Below, piece by piece: positions 16,945 through 26,818 of a DNA stretch of 42,755 bases. The position numbers and the translations under genes were made by a program. The DNA is from a virus (lineage: Duplodnaviria > Caudoviricetes). The notes under the pieces were generated by a model, which ran no database searches, was not told the DNA's origin, and saw only the letters and a program-made list of their open reading frames with translations. Every line of letters begins with the position of its first letter. Position 1 is the stretch's first letter. The DNA lies in the IMG/VR virus record IMGVR_UViG_3300017832_000054, positions 1 to 42,755 of that record, one strand, 5' to 3'.

Positions 16945-17445
16945 GTGAGTACAATGCAAGACCTAATTGAGCAATATAAAGATGCCTTGGCCATCGTGAA
17001 AAATGCAAGGGAGGATTGTTTGGACAAAGGGGAATATGAACTGCTCACAGGTATGATTAGCGATTTGGAATATGCGATTGAATGGATGTCTACAGGAAGG
17101 AGACCTGGGAATAGAAGGGGAGTTGAGCGTTTAGCAGCCTACCAACGAGAACGGCCGATTGATCCGATTCACATTCAGCGTTATGTAATGCGGGCGGCAT
17201 TTTATGATGCATTCGAGGAAAAGCCGACTATCACTGATTGGGATATGCAGCGAATTGAAGATGCATTGAGCCCGCTGACAAAGTTGGAACGTGAAGTATA
17301 TTTGATGAGCAGAGGGCAATGTTTGTCTTACGGTGAGATTGCAAACCTGATGGGAATAGCAAAAGGGACAGTTCAAAAGCTGATTGAGCGTGCAGAGAAG
17401 AAAATAGCCGAGCGAAAAGAAACCAGCCTATTCTGTGTCGGATAG
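16945..17445 (+). CDS. xpf: Xpf-like phage sigma-type factor (sigma70 region 4), late-gene activator
   Basis: MISDLEYAIEWMSTGRRPGNRRGVERLAAYQRE, and LTKLEREVYLM..LSYGEIANLMGIAKGTVQKLIERAEKKI. Confidence 0.85.
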   Translation: MSTMQDLIEQYKDALAIVKNAREDCLDKGEYELLTGMISDLEYAIEWMSTGRRPGNRRGVERLAAYQRERPIDPIHIQRYVMRAAFYDAFEEKPTITDWDMQRIEDALSPLTKLEREVYLMSRGQCLSYGEIANLMGIAKGTVQKLIERAEKKIAERKETSLFCVG

Positions 17446-17460
17446 GCTGGTTTTGTTTTT
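17420..17460 (+). terminator. Intrinsic terminator at the end of the early operon
   Basis: AAACCAGCCTAT-loop-ATAGGCTGGTTT followed by a T-rich tract. Confidence 0.8.
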
Positions 17461-17583
17461 GAAGCAGTGAATTTTGTCTTACGATTGCCACCTATAAGTA
17501 GAAAGGTGTTTTGTCAAGAACGGTATGGCGAAGCGGCCGTGGCAGGAGGGCTCGGTTTGGGGATGTGTGTGTGAGAGACCAGC

Positions 17584-17628
17584 GGGTCCTTCTGGCGGTT
17601 TGAACAAATGCGGATCGTCCGAGCCCCG
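17584..17628 (+). other. Putative cos packaging site (cosQ-like GGGTCCT plus cosN-like TGCGGATCGTCCGAGCCCCG)
   Basis: GGGTCCT is identical to lambda cosQ and sits at lambda-like distance from a GC-rich element; non-coding, upstream of a GpA-type terminase. Confidence 0.55.
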
Positions 17629-17701
17629 AAATTTGGCTAGCGACAGGCCCCGAGAAAGCATTTCGCTTCCAAAGGGCAATGGGTAAGGTGGTGAATCGGA
17701 G

Positions 17702-19096
17702 ATGCGGGAAAACGCGGATTATCGGCAATACATTGAGATGCTCGGAGTGGACGACCTGATTCCGTATGCGCGAAACGCCAGAACTCACTCCCCTGAGCAA
17801 ATCGCCAAAATCGCGGCAAGCATTCAGGAGTTCGGGTTCATCAACCCTGTGCTCATCGACGAGAACAACAGCATTATTGCCGGCCATGGTCGTGTACTCG
17901 CGGCCCGGTAGCTCGGCATGGAGAAGGTGCCCTGCCTCCGGATTCAACACCTGAACGAGTACCAAAAAAAGGCCTACATCCTGGCCGACAACCGCTTGGC
18001 GTTGGATGCCGGCTGGGATGAGGAGCTTCTGGCTTTGGAACTGGGCGAGCTAAAAAACGAATTCGGCTTTGACTTGTCTCTCACGGGTTTTGATGATGAC
18101 GAGCTCGACTATTACCTCACCCTGGGGGATGAGGAAGAGGCCGTTGGTTTAATCGATGACGACGAGGCACCGGAGCCGGAAGAACCGACGGTGACCCGGC
18201 GCGGGGATCTTTGGATGCTTGGGGATCACCGGCTGCTCTGCGGGGACTCCACGTCGTGGGAGGAAGTCCAGGCCCTGTTGAACGGGGAATTGTGCGATAT
18301 GTGCTGGACCGACCCTCCTTACAACGTGGACTACGTCGGCAAAACCAAAGACGCCCTGAAAATCCGAAACGACAAGATGGAGCAGGAGGAATTCTGCTCC
18401 TTTTTAGTTGCAGCTTTCGGGGTGATGTTCTCTGCCCTGAAGGAAGGAGGCCCCATCTATGTCGCACATGCGGATACCGAGGGACTCAATTTCAGGCGAG
18501 CGTTCATCGACGCGGGGTTCAAACTCTCTGGGTGTCTCATCTGGGTAAAAAACACGATGGTGCTGGGCCGGTCGGACTACCAGTGGAAGCACGAGCCTAT
18601 CCTTTACGGCTGGAAGCCGGGGGCGGCGCATGCTTGGTACGGAGGCCGGAAGCAGACGACGGTCATTGAGGCGTTGGATGACCTCCCCTTCGTCCAGCTC
18701 CCGGATGGGAGGTACCAGATCGACCTCGGCTCCACGTCGGTCATCATCGGAGGAACCGACATCACGGTGGAGGAGGTTGTGCCGACGATTTTCCGGCACG
18801 AAAAGCCGGCGCGAAGCGCAGAATATCCCACGATGAAGCCGGTGGGTCTAATCATTGACATGCTAAAGAATAGCTCGAAGCGCGGGGATGTGGTCTTTGA
18901 CCCGTTCGGCGGGTCGGGCTCCACCATGATTGCCTGTGAAAAGACGGGACGGAAGGCCCGATTGGTTGAACTGGACGAGAAATACTGCGACGTCATCGTG
19001 CGTCGCTGGCAAGACTTCACCGGAAAGAAGGCCGTCCTGGCCAGCTCTGGGAAAACCTTTGACGAAGTCGAGACAGAAAGAGTGGTGATGGCCTGA
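17702..19096 (+). pseudogene. ParB-N / DNA N6-N4 methyltransferase fusion interrupted by an in-frame TAG at 17909-17911
   Basis: 17702-17911 and 17918-19096 are in one frame: ..IIAGHGRVLAAR*LGMEKVPC..; DPPY and FDPFGGSGST motifs are present. Confidence 0.85.
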
Positions 19097-19671
19097 TGAA
19101 AAGCGACCCCGGTGCTCCGCTGTATCCCACGAAGGTCATTGCCAAACTGTTCAATTTGACGGAGCGACGAATCCAACAGCTTACCAAGGAGGGCGTGATC
19201 CAGCAGGCGGCCCAAGGCCGGTATGAACTGGCGCCAACCATTCAGGGGTACATCAAGTATTTGCAGGAGCGGGCTTTTGGGCGCGGCAATACGGACAGCG
19301 ACCTGCAGAAGGAGAAGATTCTGCTGACCCGAGCCAATCGGCAAAAGGCGGAACTTGAGGTCCAGGTCATGCGGGGGGAACTCCACCGTTCGGAAGACGT
19401 GCGGCGGGTGATGAATGACATGCTCGGCGCTTTCCGGGCTCGCTGCTTGGCCATTCCCACCCGGGCGGCTCCGAAGCTGATTGACCAGAAGGACATTGCG
19501 GTGATTCAGGACATTCTGAAGGCGGAAGTGTATGAGGCGCTGGCGGAGCTTTCCGAGTACGACCCGGAAGTCTTCTACCAGCATAGTAAGGACACCCTGG
19601 TACTTGGCGGCGGCGAAGAAACGACCACGGAAGAGGTGACCCAGGGCGGTGGCCCTGATGAGCGCGAATAA
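19096..19671 (+). CDS. terS: Terminase small subunit (Nu1-like)
   Basis: N-terminal HTH IAKLFNLTERRIQQL, coiled coil, directly upstream of terL. Confidence 0.85.
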   Translation: MKSDPGAPLYPTKVIAKLFNLTERRIQQLTKEGVIQQAAQGRYELAPTIQGYIKYLQERAFGRGNTDSDLQKEKILLTRANRQKAELEVQVMRGELHRSEDVRRVMNDMLGAFRARCLAIPTRAAPKLIDQKDIAVIQDILKAEVYEALAELSEYDPEVFYQHSKDTLVLGGGEETTTEEVTQGGGPDERE

Positions 19672-21517
19672 CACGGTGGCTCTGTTCCGGGAAATTGTCA
19701 AGGTGGTAGCTCCGCCGCCGGAACTGACGGTCTCTGAGTGGGCAGATTTATACCGCCGGCTTTCTCCTGAGTCCTCGCCTGAGCCAGGGCAGTGGAGGAC
19801 AGAACGGGCGCCGTATCAGCGGGATATCATGGACGCCATCCACGACTCACGAGTCGAGACGGTTGTTGTCATGACGTCCTCCCAGGTGGGAAAGACCGAG
19901 ATACTCCTGAACATTATCGGGTATCACATTGACTTCGACCCTGCGCCTATCCTCCTGATCATGCCGACTGACAAGATTGCGGAGGCCTTTTCCAAGGACC
20001 GCCTGGCCCCCATGATTCGGGATTCGCCGGCGCTGCGCGGGAAAGTTGCGGACGCCAAAAGCCGGGACAGTGGGAACACCCTCCTGCACAAAACCTTTCC
20101 CGGGGGCCATATCACACTGGTCGGTGCCAACTCTCCCTCGGGATTGGCTATGCGGCCCATTCGCATCCTCCTGGCGGACGAGGTCGACCGTTTCCCTGCG
20201 AGCGCGGGAACAGAAGGTGATCCTCTCGCTCTGGCTGAGAAAAGGACGACCAACTTCTGGAACAGGAAAAAAGTCTTTGTATCTACGCCGACGCTTAAAG
20301 GTTTGTCCAGGATTGAGTTGGCGTATGAAAGGGGGACGCAGGAAAAATGGAGCATTCAATGCCCGAGATGCGGCGAATATCACCCCATCGTTCTGCGGGA
20401 TATTCGCTTCGACTATGATTCGCAAGAGATCGGCCACCGAAAGGTCTATCAAGTGCACGAGGTTTACTGGCGTTGCCCTAGCTGTTTGGAACATTTCGGA
20501 GAGCACGAGGTAAAGAAGCAGCCGGGAAAGTGGATTCCCGGGAACCCTGTGGGGCTAAAAAACAGGGTCCGCAGTTTCTGGCTGAATGCATTCGTCTCCC
20601 CCTGGTCGTCCTGGAGAGATATTGTCCAGGAGTTTCTGGAGTCAAAAGACCATCCTGAACTGTTCAAGGCTTTTACAAACACCGTACTTGCCGAGACGTG
20701 GGAGGACCGAGGCGACCAGATGGAGGAGGATTCCCTGCTTAGTCGCCGGGAGGAATATCCCGCAGATCTTCCGGACGGTGTGCTACTCCTGACGGCGGGG
20801 GTGGATACACAAGACGACCGCCTGGAGTATGAAATCGTCGGCTGGGGGCACGGGGATGAAAGCTGGGGCATCGAGTATGGCGTCATCATTGGAAAACCGG
20901 ATGATCCTCAAACCCTCCAGCAGCTTGACGACGTGCTGAGTAAGGTCTTTCGATTCAAAGACGGAAAGGGCTTGAAGATCGCATGCGCCTGCGTCGACTC
21001 CGGCGGCCATTTTACCTCCGCGATTTACAAGTTCACGAAGAAAAACGAGCACCGGAGAATCCTCTCCATTAAAGGGCAAGGGGGGCCTGGCATCCCTCTC
21101 ATCCATCGGTACACGAGGAACAACAAGGAGAAGGCTCTTCTGGTAATCCTTGGGGTGGACGACGGAAAAAGCAGCGTCTACTCCGCTTTGCGGGTGCAGG
21201 AGCCCGGCCCGAAGTACTGTCATTTTCCGAAGGATGAGCGACGTGGGTATGACCGCTACTACTTCCAGGGGCTCCTTTCGGAACGATTGGTACCCAGGAT
21301 CGTGAAAGGCCAGACCCGCTACGTCTGGGAGAAGATATCCTCTCACGCTCGGAACGAAGCACTTGATACCCGGGTCTATGCGCTGGCCGCAAAGGAGATC
21401 CTGAATCCGAACTATGACGCGTTGGAGCAGCGGATCAAGGGAACCGGGCAGCCTGCGGAAAAGCAGGAGCAAAGGCCAAGAAAAAGGGCTCTGGTGAAAA
21501 GAGCCAATCTGTGGTAG
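19658..21517 (+). CDS. terL: Terminase large subunit, lambda GpA family
   Basis: PPPELTVSEWAD, SSQVGKTE, DEVDRF, STPT, AGVDTQDDRLE, VDSGG and RNEALDTRVYA. Confidence 0.95.
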   Translation: MSANNTVALFREIVKVVAPPPELTVSEWADLYRRLSPESSPEPGQWRTERAPYQRDIMDAIHDSRVETVVVMTSSQVGKTEILLNIIGYHIDFDPAPILLIMPTDKIAEAFSKDRLAPMIRDSPALRGKVADAKSRDSGNTLLHKTFPGGHITLVGANSPSGLAMRPIRILLADEVDRFPASAGTEGDPLALAEKRTTNFWNRKKVFVSTPTLKGLSRIELAYERGTQEKWSIQCPRCGEYHPIVLRDIRFDYDSQEIGHRKVYQVHEVYWRCPSCLEHFGEHEVKKQPGKWIPGNPVGLKNRVRSFWLNAFVSPWSSWRDIVQEFLESKDHPELFKAFTNTVLAETWEDRGDQMEEDSLLSRREEYPADLPDGVLLLTAGVDTQDDRLEYEIVGWGHGDESWGIEYGVIIGKPDDPQTLQQLDDVLSKVFRFKDGKGLKIACACVDSGGHFTSAIYKFTKKNEHRRILSIKGQGGPGIPLIHRYTRNNKEKALLVILGVDDGKSSVYSALRVQEPGPKYCHFPKDERRGYDRYYFQGLLSERLVPRIVKGQTRYVWEKISSHARNEALDTRVYALAAKEILNPNYDALEQRIKGTGQPAEKQEQRPRKRALVKRANLW

Positions 21518-21526
21518 GTGACGAAA

Positions 21527-21787
21527 ATGCGGAGACGAGACCGGCTGCAAAGACAACTGGAAGAGGTAAAGCGCCGGCTGGAACTCTACTACCAGGCGGA
21601 AGCGGCCATCTTGGAGGGGGCCCAATCGTACTCCATCGGCAGCCGCCAAATCACCCGGGCGACGCTCCCGGCGGTGCAGGCGGAGATTCGCCAGCTGGAG
21701 AAGCGGAAAGAAGAGCTGGAGGCGGCCCTGGAGGAAGGCGGCCTGGGGCGTCGTAAATCGTACAGAATCATTTACCGCGACCTGTGA
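21527..21787 (+). CDS. Head-completion protein (gpW-like / DUF6148)
   Basis: AEAAILEGAQSYSIGSRQITRA; position between terL and portal. Confidence 0.8.
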   Translation: MRRRDRLQRQLEEVKRRLELYYQAEAAILEGAQSYSIGSRQITRATLPAVQAEIRQLEKRKEELEAALEEGGLGRRKSYRIIYRDL

Positions 21788-21804
21788 AGGGGGTGGTGTG
21801 AATT

Positions 21805-23430
21805 GTGAACTTGCTCGACAAAGCCATCGCCTGGATATCGCCTGAGAGGGCCTTGCGGCGGGAATTGGCTCGCGCAAGGCTTTCTATGTTGCAGCGGTTC
21901 ACCAACAGCGGCTACTCTCACAGCGGGGCCAGCCGAAGAAAGTCGTCCATGAAGGGCTGGGTGAGTACCAGCCGGAGCCCCCAAGAGGACATCGGGAATA
22001 ATCTCAGGCTCCTGCGGGAGCGAAGCCGGGACCTCTACATGTCGGGGGGCCTGGCGACCAGCGCCATCAAGAAAAACCAGTCCAACATCTTGGGTTCTGG
22101 CCTGACTTTGAAGTGCCAACTGAATTACCGCCGTTTGGGGCTGACGCCGCAGCAGGCCAAGGAGTGGGAGGAACGCACGGAGTTCGAGTTCGACCTCTGG
22201 GCCTCGTCGAAGGTGGATCATACAGGACTCAACGACTTCTACGACGCCCAGAGGATTGCGCTGGTTGGTTGGCTGTTGAACGGAGACTCGTTGTGCGTGC
22301 TCAAGTATGGAGCCCCGGAGGGAATGAACCCGTACCGCCTCAGGCTGCACCTCATCGAAGGGGACAGGCTTGCCACTCCCGCTTCTTCCCTGTCGGCTTT
22401 CTCCGAGCGCGTTTTTTCGGAGGACTACACCACGGAGTACGTGGAGCTGCCCGGCGGCGGGAAGATTTACAGCGGGGTGGAAACCGACCCGGAGGGCAGG
22501 GTGGTGGCTTACTGGATAAGCAATAAGTACCCCAACAGCTTGCTGTCGACGCGGGAGCCCCTGCAATGGGCCAGGGTCGAGGCCGTCAATTCCGTGACGG
22601 GACTGCCCAACGTGCTTTTTGTCATCGACCCGGAGCGGGCGGAGCAGTATAGGGGAGTCCCCTACCTGGCCACGGTCATCGAGCAGCTCAAGCAGATGAG
22701 CCGGTACACGGAAGCCGAAATTGCGGCGGCCATCGTGAACAGTTTCTTCACGGCTTTCATTCTCAGCGAGGGACCCACGAACGATCTTCCTTTCGAAGAT
22801 TCGATTACGGGCGATGACCGGCTTTCGCTTCCTCCAGAGGAGCGCCTGGCGAGCTACGAGATGGGGCCGGGGACCATCAACGTCTTGGCGCAAGGCGAGG
22901 ACGTCAAATTCGGGGAGCCGAAGCACCCTGTGGCCGGGTTCGAAGCCTTTACCCGGGCCATGGCGCAGCTTGTGGGCGCGGCCCTGGACATTCCTTACGA
23001 GATGCTGTTGGGGGTCTTCAACAGCAGCTACTCGGCCAGCCGGGCGGCTCTCCTGCAAGCTTGGCGCCCGTTCCGCGACCGGCGCGACTGGTTTGCCGCC
23101 GCCTTTTGCCAGCCCATTTATGAGACCTGGCTCTTTGAGGCCGTGGCCACGGGGCGGATTCAAGCGCCGGGTTTCTTCCAGGACCCGGTCCGGCGGAAGC
23201 TCTGGAGCCATGCCATGTGGATTGGCCCGTCCCCCGGCCAAATCGACCCGATCAAGGAGGTCGAGGCGGCGGTCAAGCGTATTGAGCACGGGTTCAGTAC
23301 GCATGAGCGGGAGACGGCGGAACTGACGGGCATGGATTGGGAGTCCAATATCGACGTGCTCCGCCGGGAGTGGGAGGCGAGAAGGGGCCTTCCGCAGAAT
23401 GGGGAGCGGATAACCGTGGAAGGGGGGTGA
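21805..23430 (+). CDS. Portal protein, lambda family
   Basis: LRERSRDL, RAEQYRGVP, SSYSASRAALL and IDPIKEVEA. Confidence 0.95.
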   Translation: MNLLDKAIAWISPERALRRELARARLSMLQRFTNSGYSHSGASRRKSSMKGWVSTSRSPQEDIGNNLRLLRERSRDLYMSGGLATSAIKKNQSNILGSGLTLKCQLNYRRLGLTPQQAKEWEERTEFEFDLWASSKVDHTGLNDFYDAQRIALVGWLLNGDSLCVLKYGAPEGMNPYRLRLHLIEGDRLATPASSLSAFSERVFSEDYTTEYVELPGGGKIYSGVETDPEGRVVAYWISNKYPNSLLSTREPLQWARVEAVNSVTGLPNVLFVIDPERAEQYRGVPYLATVIEQLKQMSRYTEAEIAAAIVNSFFTAFILSEGPTNDLPFEDSITGDDRLSLPPEERLASYEMGPGTINVLAQGEDVKFGEPKHPVAGFEAFTRAMAQLVGAALDIPYEMLLGVFNSSYSASRAALLQAWRPFRDRRDWFAAAFCQPIYETWLFEAVATGRIQAPGFFQDPVRRKLWSHAMWIGPSPGQIDPIKEVEAAVKRIEHGFSTHERETAELTGMDWESNIDVLRREWEARRGLPQNGERITVEGG

Positions 23431-23438
23431 GACGGGAA

Positions 23439-24518
23439 ATGGCCAAGAGGATTGACATCAAGGGGGTCATCGTGGCGAACGACGACCAGTGGATTTACGA
23501 CTGGTTGGAGATGGAATCGACATCGCCGGCGATGGTTTTGCAGGCGATGGAAGAGGCGGGAGGGGAGGATCTGGAGGTCTACATCAACTCCCCTGGCGGG
23601 GACGTGTATGCGGGGTCCGAAATTTACACGGCCCTGAAAGAGTACCCGGGGAATGTGACGGTGAAGATTGTCGGGGTGGCCTCGTCGGCTGCTTCGGTGG
23701 TCGCCATGGCCGGGGACAAGGTGATGATCAGCCCGACCGCCCAGATCATGATCCACAACGTGTCGTCGGTGAGCATCGGGGATTACCGGGGCCACGCCCA
23801 CGAGTCGGAAGTGTTGAAGGGGTGGAACAAGTCCATCGCCAATGCGTACCGGCTGAAAAGTGGGCTGAGTGAATCCGAACTGTTGCGTCTCATGAACCAG
23901 GAGACGTGGCTCACTGCGCAGGAGGCGCTGGAGAAGGGGTTTGTCGACGAGATCATGTTCGACGAGGAAGCCTCCCTTGCCCTGGTCGCCTCTACTTCTG
24001 CTCAGGTACTGCCCCGTCAGGTGATTAACAAGCTGAGGAACGAACTCTTGAAAAAGAAAGGGGAGTCGAGGGAAATGAATGAAAAAAAGACCGCAGAAGC
24101 TAGGGAAGAGCAAGTGACCGGCGTTGCTGCGCCGCAGGTTCCACAGGCGAACACGCAGGGAACGGCTGCGGAAGATCCAGTTGCCAAAGAGCGGGAACGC
24201 TTGAAGGCCATCGACGCCATTGCGGCCAGCATCGACCCCGACCTGGTCCGGGAGGCCAAGTACGGGGAGAACCCGATGACGGCGGAGCAGTTGGCCTACC
24301 GGGCCCTGAAGGAAGGGAAAATCATCAACCCCGGCCTGTTCGAGGCGGCTGTCGAGGCCAACAAAAAGGCCGGGACGGACCAGGTGCAGGCGCAAGCGAC
24401 GGATCAGGTCGCGGAGAAGGAGTACGACCTAGGCAACCTGAAAGACCTGAATGAGATTTTCAACCGAATCGCGGCGGCCTCTCAGTTGGGTCGTCCCCAA
24501 AATATCCGGAGGAGGTAA
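23439..24518 (+). CDS. ClpP-type head maturation protease with C-terminal scaffold domain
   Basis: INSPGGDV, ASSAASVVAMAGD, IMIHN and ETWLTAQEALEKGFVD; C-terminal AKERERLKAID. Confidence 0.92.
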   Translation: MAKRIDIKGVIVANDDQWIYDWLEMESTSPAMVLQAMEEAGGEDLEVYINSPGGDVYAGSEIYTALKEYPGNVTVKIVGVASSAASVVAMAGDKVMISPTAQIMIHNVSSVSIGDYRGHAHESEVLKGWNKSIANAYRLKSGLSESELLRLMNQETWLTAQEALEKGFVDEIMFDEEASLALVASTSAQVLPRQVINKLRNELLKKKGESREMNEKKTAEAREEQVTGVAAPQVPQANTQGTAAEDPVAKERERLKAIDAIAASIDPDLVREAKYGENPMTAEQLAYRALKEGKIINPGLFEAAVEANKKAGTDQVQAQATDQVAEKEYDLGNLKDLNEIFNRIAAASQLGRPQNIRRR

Positions 24519-24526
24519 GGTGAAAA

Positions 24527-24901
24527 ATGGCGGAATTCGGAGTGGTTGAAACGCGGACTTTGTTTGCGGGCACGGAGATCCCGGCCATGACCTCGTCGGT
24601 GACTGTGGCAGGAGGTCAAGGGGTGCTGCAAGTCGGGGCGGTGTTGGGCAAAGTGACTGCCGAGGCAGACCCGAATGTAGGCAAGTATCGGTTGGTGAGT
24701 GCTACCAGCACGGACGGGAGCGAAGTGGCTTCGGTAGTCCTGGCCGAAGAAATTGATACGACTGACGGCGATAAGAAGGCCGTGGTCTTTACCTCCGGCC
24801 TCTTTAATTACGACTCGCTTTACGTGGCCGATGGAGACGATGTCAAGGCGCACCAGGAGGAGCTTCGTGCCGGAAACATTTACTTTAAGACGGATTATTA
24901 A
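24527..24901 (+). CDS. Head decoration protein (gpD-like)
   Basis: GAVLGKVT..DGSEVASVVLAE..SGLFN; position before the capsid gene. Confidence 0.85.
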   Translation: MAEFGVVETRTLFAGTEIPAMTSSVTVAGGQGVLQVGAVLGKVTAEADPNVGKYRLVSATSTDGSEVASVVLAEEIDTTDGDKKAVVFTSGLFNYDSLYVADGDDVKAHQEELRAGNIYFKTDY

Positions 24902-24919
24902 TCTCTGACGGAAAGGGTG

Positions 24920-26059
24920 ATGGAGTTGAAAATCAAGCACAGCACTGTGGTAAACTGGTTGGCTCGTCCACAAAACGTGGCCATGGCCACCGGAGGGAAT
25001 ATCGGGATTTATGAGCCTCAAACCATGCAGCCGGCGTTCCAGAAAAGGATGCCGGTCACGACCTTTCTGCGGGACACCTTTGCCCCCAGCTTTTCCACTT
25101 TTGCGACTAAGCATGTCCTGATGGACTTTCGCAAAAACCGGCAAAGGGTGGCTCCGTTTGTGGCGGAGGGGTCTCGTCCTGTCAACATTCGGAGAGATGG
25201 GTATCGCACGGAGATTTACACTCCGCCGTTCATCAACATCTCGGCTCCTTACGACACCGATCTGTTGCAGACAAGGCTCCCTGGGGAGCAGGTGTTTGGG
25301 GGGTTGACCCCGGAAGAAAGGGCCTTGGAGTTGATGCAGCAGGACTACCAGGAGCTTGATGACATGATTGTGCGCCGAGAAGAGGTCATGTTGGCGGAGC
25401 TGCTGCAAACCGGGACCGTAACGGTCACGGGCTATGTGGATGACACGGCCCAAGAGGTGAGGACGGATGTCATCGATTACGGCTTTGACAACGTGATCAA
25501 CCTCACCGGAACGGACCAGTGGAACGACCCGGGTTCCAATAAATACGAGGACCTGTATAATGCGGTTTCGCTGGTTCGGAAAGCCGGATACAATCCCACC
25601 GTGGCCATCTTGGGTGAGGGAGCCTGGGCGAACCTGCGCGAAGACGAGAAGTTCATGAACAAGCTGGACCTGCGCTATGCCCAATTTGGGGCCATCAATC
25701 CGCAGCTCAACATTCAAAACGGAAACGGCTATGCCTACATCGGACGGTTGACGGATCTGGGGTTGGACCTGTATCAATACATTGCCTGGTATTACGATGA
25801 GACGGACGAGCAGTTGAAACCCTACATTCAACCCCACAAGGTGATTGTCGGGGCCGTGAATCTGGGTGAAATGCTGTACGGAGCCAACACAATCATCCCG
25901 GAAGGTTCCATCGATTTTGTCACCGTGGAAGGGCCGAGGGTGGCTAAGGTGACGGTGAACCGGGATACGGACACGAAATCTCTCATCGTCAAGTCTCGCC
26001 CGATTCCGAAGCCGTTTGACGTCTCCGCCTGGGCCGTGATTAACACGGTAACCAGTTAG
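24920..26059 (+). CDS. Major capsid protein, lambda gpE family
   Basis: TFLRDTF, VAPFV, LDDMIVRREEVM and VKSRPIPKP. Confidence 0.92.
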   Translation: MELKIKHSTVVNWLARPQNVAMATGGNIGIYEPQTMQPAFQKRMPVTTFLRDTFAPSFSTFATKHVLMDFRKNRQRVAPFVAEGSRPVNIRRDGYRTEIYTPPFINISAPYDTDLLQTRLPGEQVFGGLTPEERALELMQQDYQELDDMIVRREEVMLAELLQTGTVTVTGYVDDTAQEVRTDVIDYGFDNVINLTGTDQWNDPGSNKYEDLYNAVSLVRKAGYNPTVAILGEGAWANLREDEKFMNKLDLRYAQFGAINPQLNIQNGNGYAYIGRLTDLGLDLYQYIAWYYDETDEQLKPYIQPHKVIVGAVNLGEMLYGANTIIPEGSIDFVTVEGPRVAKVTVNRDTDTKSLIVKSRPIPKPFDVSAWAVINTVTS

Positions 26060-26072
26060 GGGGTGGACTTCA

Positions 26073-26492
26073 GTGCAGTTTGAAGTAAGAAAAGGGATTG
26101 TTAAACACAAAGGGGCCTTTTACCCTAAAGGCTCCTTTTTTCTTGCGGAGAGGGAAGATGTGGAGTCTCTGCTGAAGCAGGGGGCCATCGCGCCGGCGGA
26201 GGAAGGGCTTCTGGGCCCTATCCTGGGTGATCCGACGGGTAAAAAGGCTGTTCCCCCTGTAGCGGATATGACCATCGAGGAATTGAAGAGGTACCTCGAA
26301 ACGGCGGAAGACGTGGAGGAGGTGCGGGCTCTTCTTGAGGCGGAGATGGGGAAGACCGAGCCCAGGAAGACGGCTGTCAGGCTTCTGGAAGACTGGCTGA
26401 ACTCCCACGAAGCGGCCACCGAAGATGAAGAGGACTTGGGCCTTCCGGACTTCGACGGCGGTGACGTCGTGGTGGACGGGGAAGAGCAATGA
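26073..26492 (+). CDS. Hypothetical head/packaging accessory protein (gpFI position)
   Basis: RBS GGGGTGG; VKHKGAFYPKG..LLKQGAI; synteny. Confidence 0.65.
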   Translation: MQFEVRKGIVKHKGAFYPKGSFFLAEREDVESLLKQGAIAPAEEGLLGPILGDPTGKKAVPPVADMTIEELKRYLETAEDVEEVRALLEAEMGKTEPRKTAVRLLEDWLNSHEAATEDEEDLGLPDFDGGDVVVDGEEQ

Positions 26493-26818
26493 ATTTCAAA
26501 GAACACGCAATTCGGGATCTGAATATCTTCTTTTCCCTCGATGAATTCGGGGAACTGCATGATATCGACGGGAAAGAAGTTGTCTGTGTCCTGGATGAAA
26601 ATGTGTTGAAAGAACGCCCCCGGGAACCGGTGGAATTGTATCGCTCGTCCCAGGGTATTTACGTCAATTCCAAGGTCCTTTTTGTGCGGAAGGAAGACTT
26701 GGCCACTAGACCCGTGGTCGGCCAGCACATGCGTGTGGATGGGGAATTGTACCTCATATCCGAGTGCAGCGAAAGTCACGGAGTGCTGGAGATCACACTG
26801 GAGGCGAACGAGGCGTGA
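26489..26818 (+). CDS. Head-tail joining protein (gpFII-like)
   Basis: IFFSLDEFGELHDIDG..PVVGQHMRVDGELY; synteny. Confidence 0.7.
   Translation: MNFKEHAIRDLNIFFSLDEFGELHDIDGKEVVCVLDENVLKERPREPVELYRSSQGIYVNSKVLFVRKEDLATRPVVGQHMRVDGELYLISECSESHGVLEITLEANEA

Noticed and set aside
17492-17700. tRNA or structured ncRNA in the gap after xpf
   Set aside because: No cloverleaf or family motif could be recognised; a late promoter plus cos explains the gap. A covariance-model search would settle it
17909-17911. Genome-wide TAG recoding
   Set aside because: TAG is the normal stop of many intact genes here (terL, capsid, tube, tape measure, rusA, xpf); only one gene is interrupted
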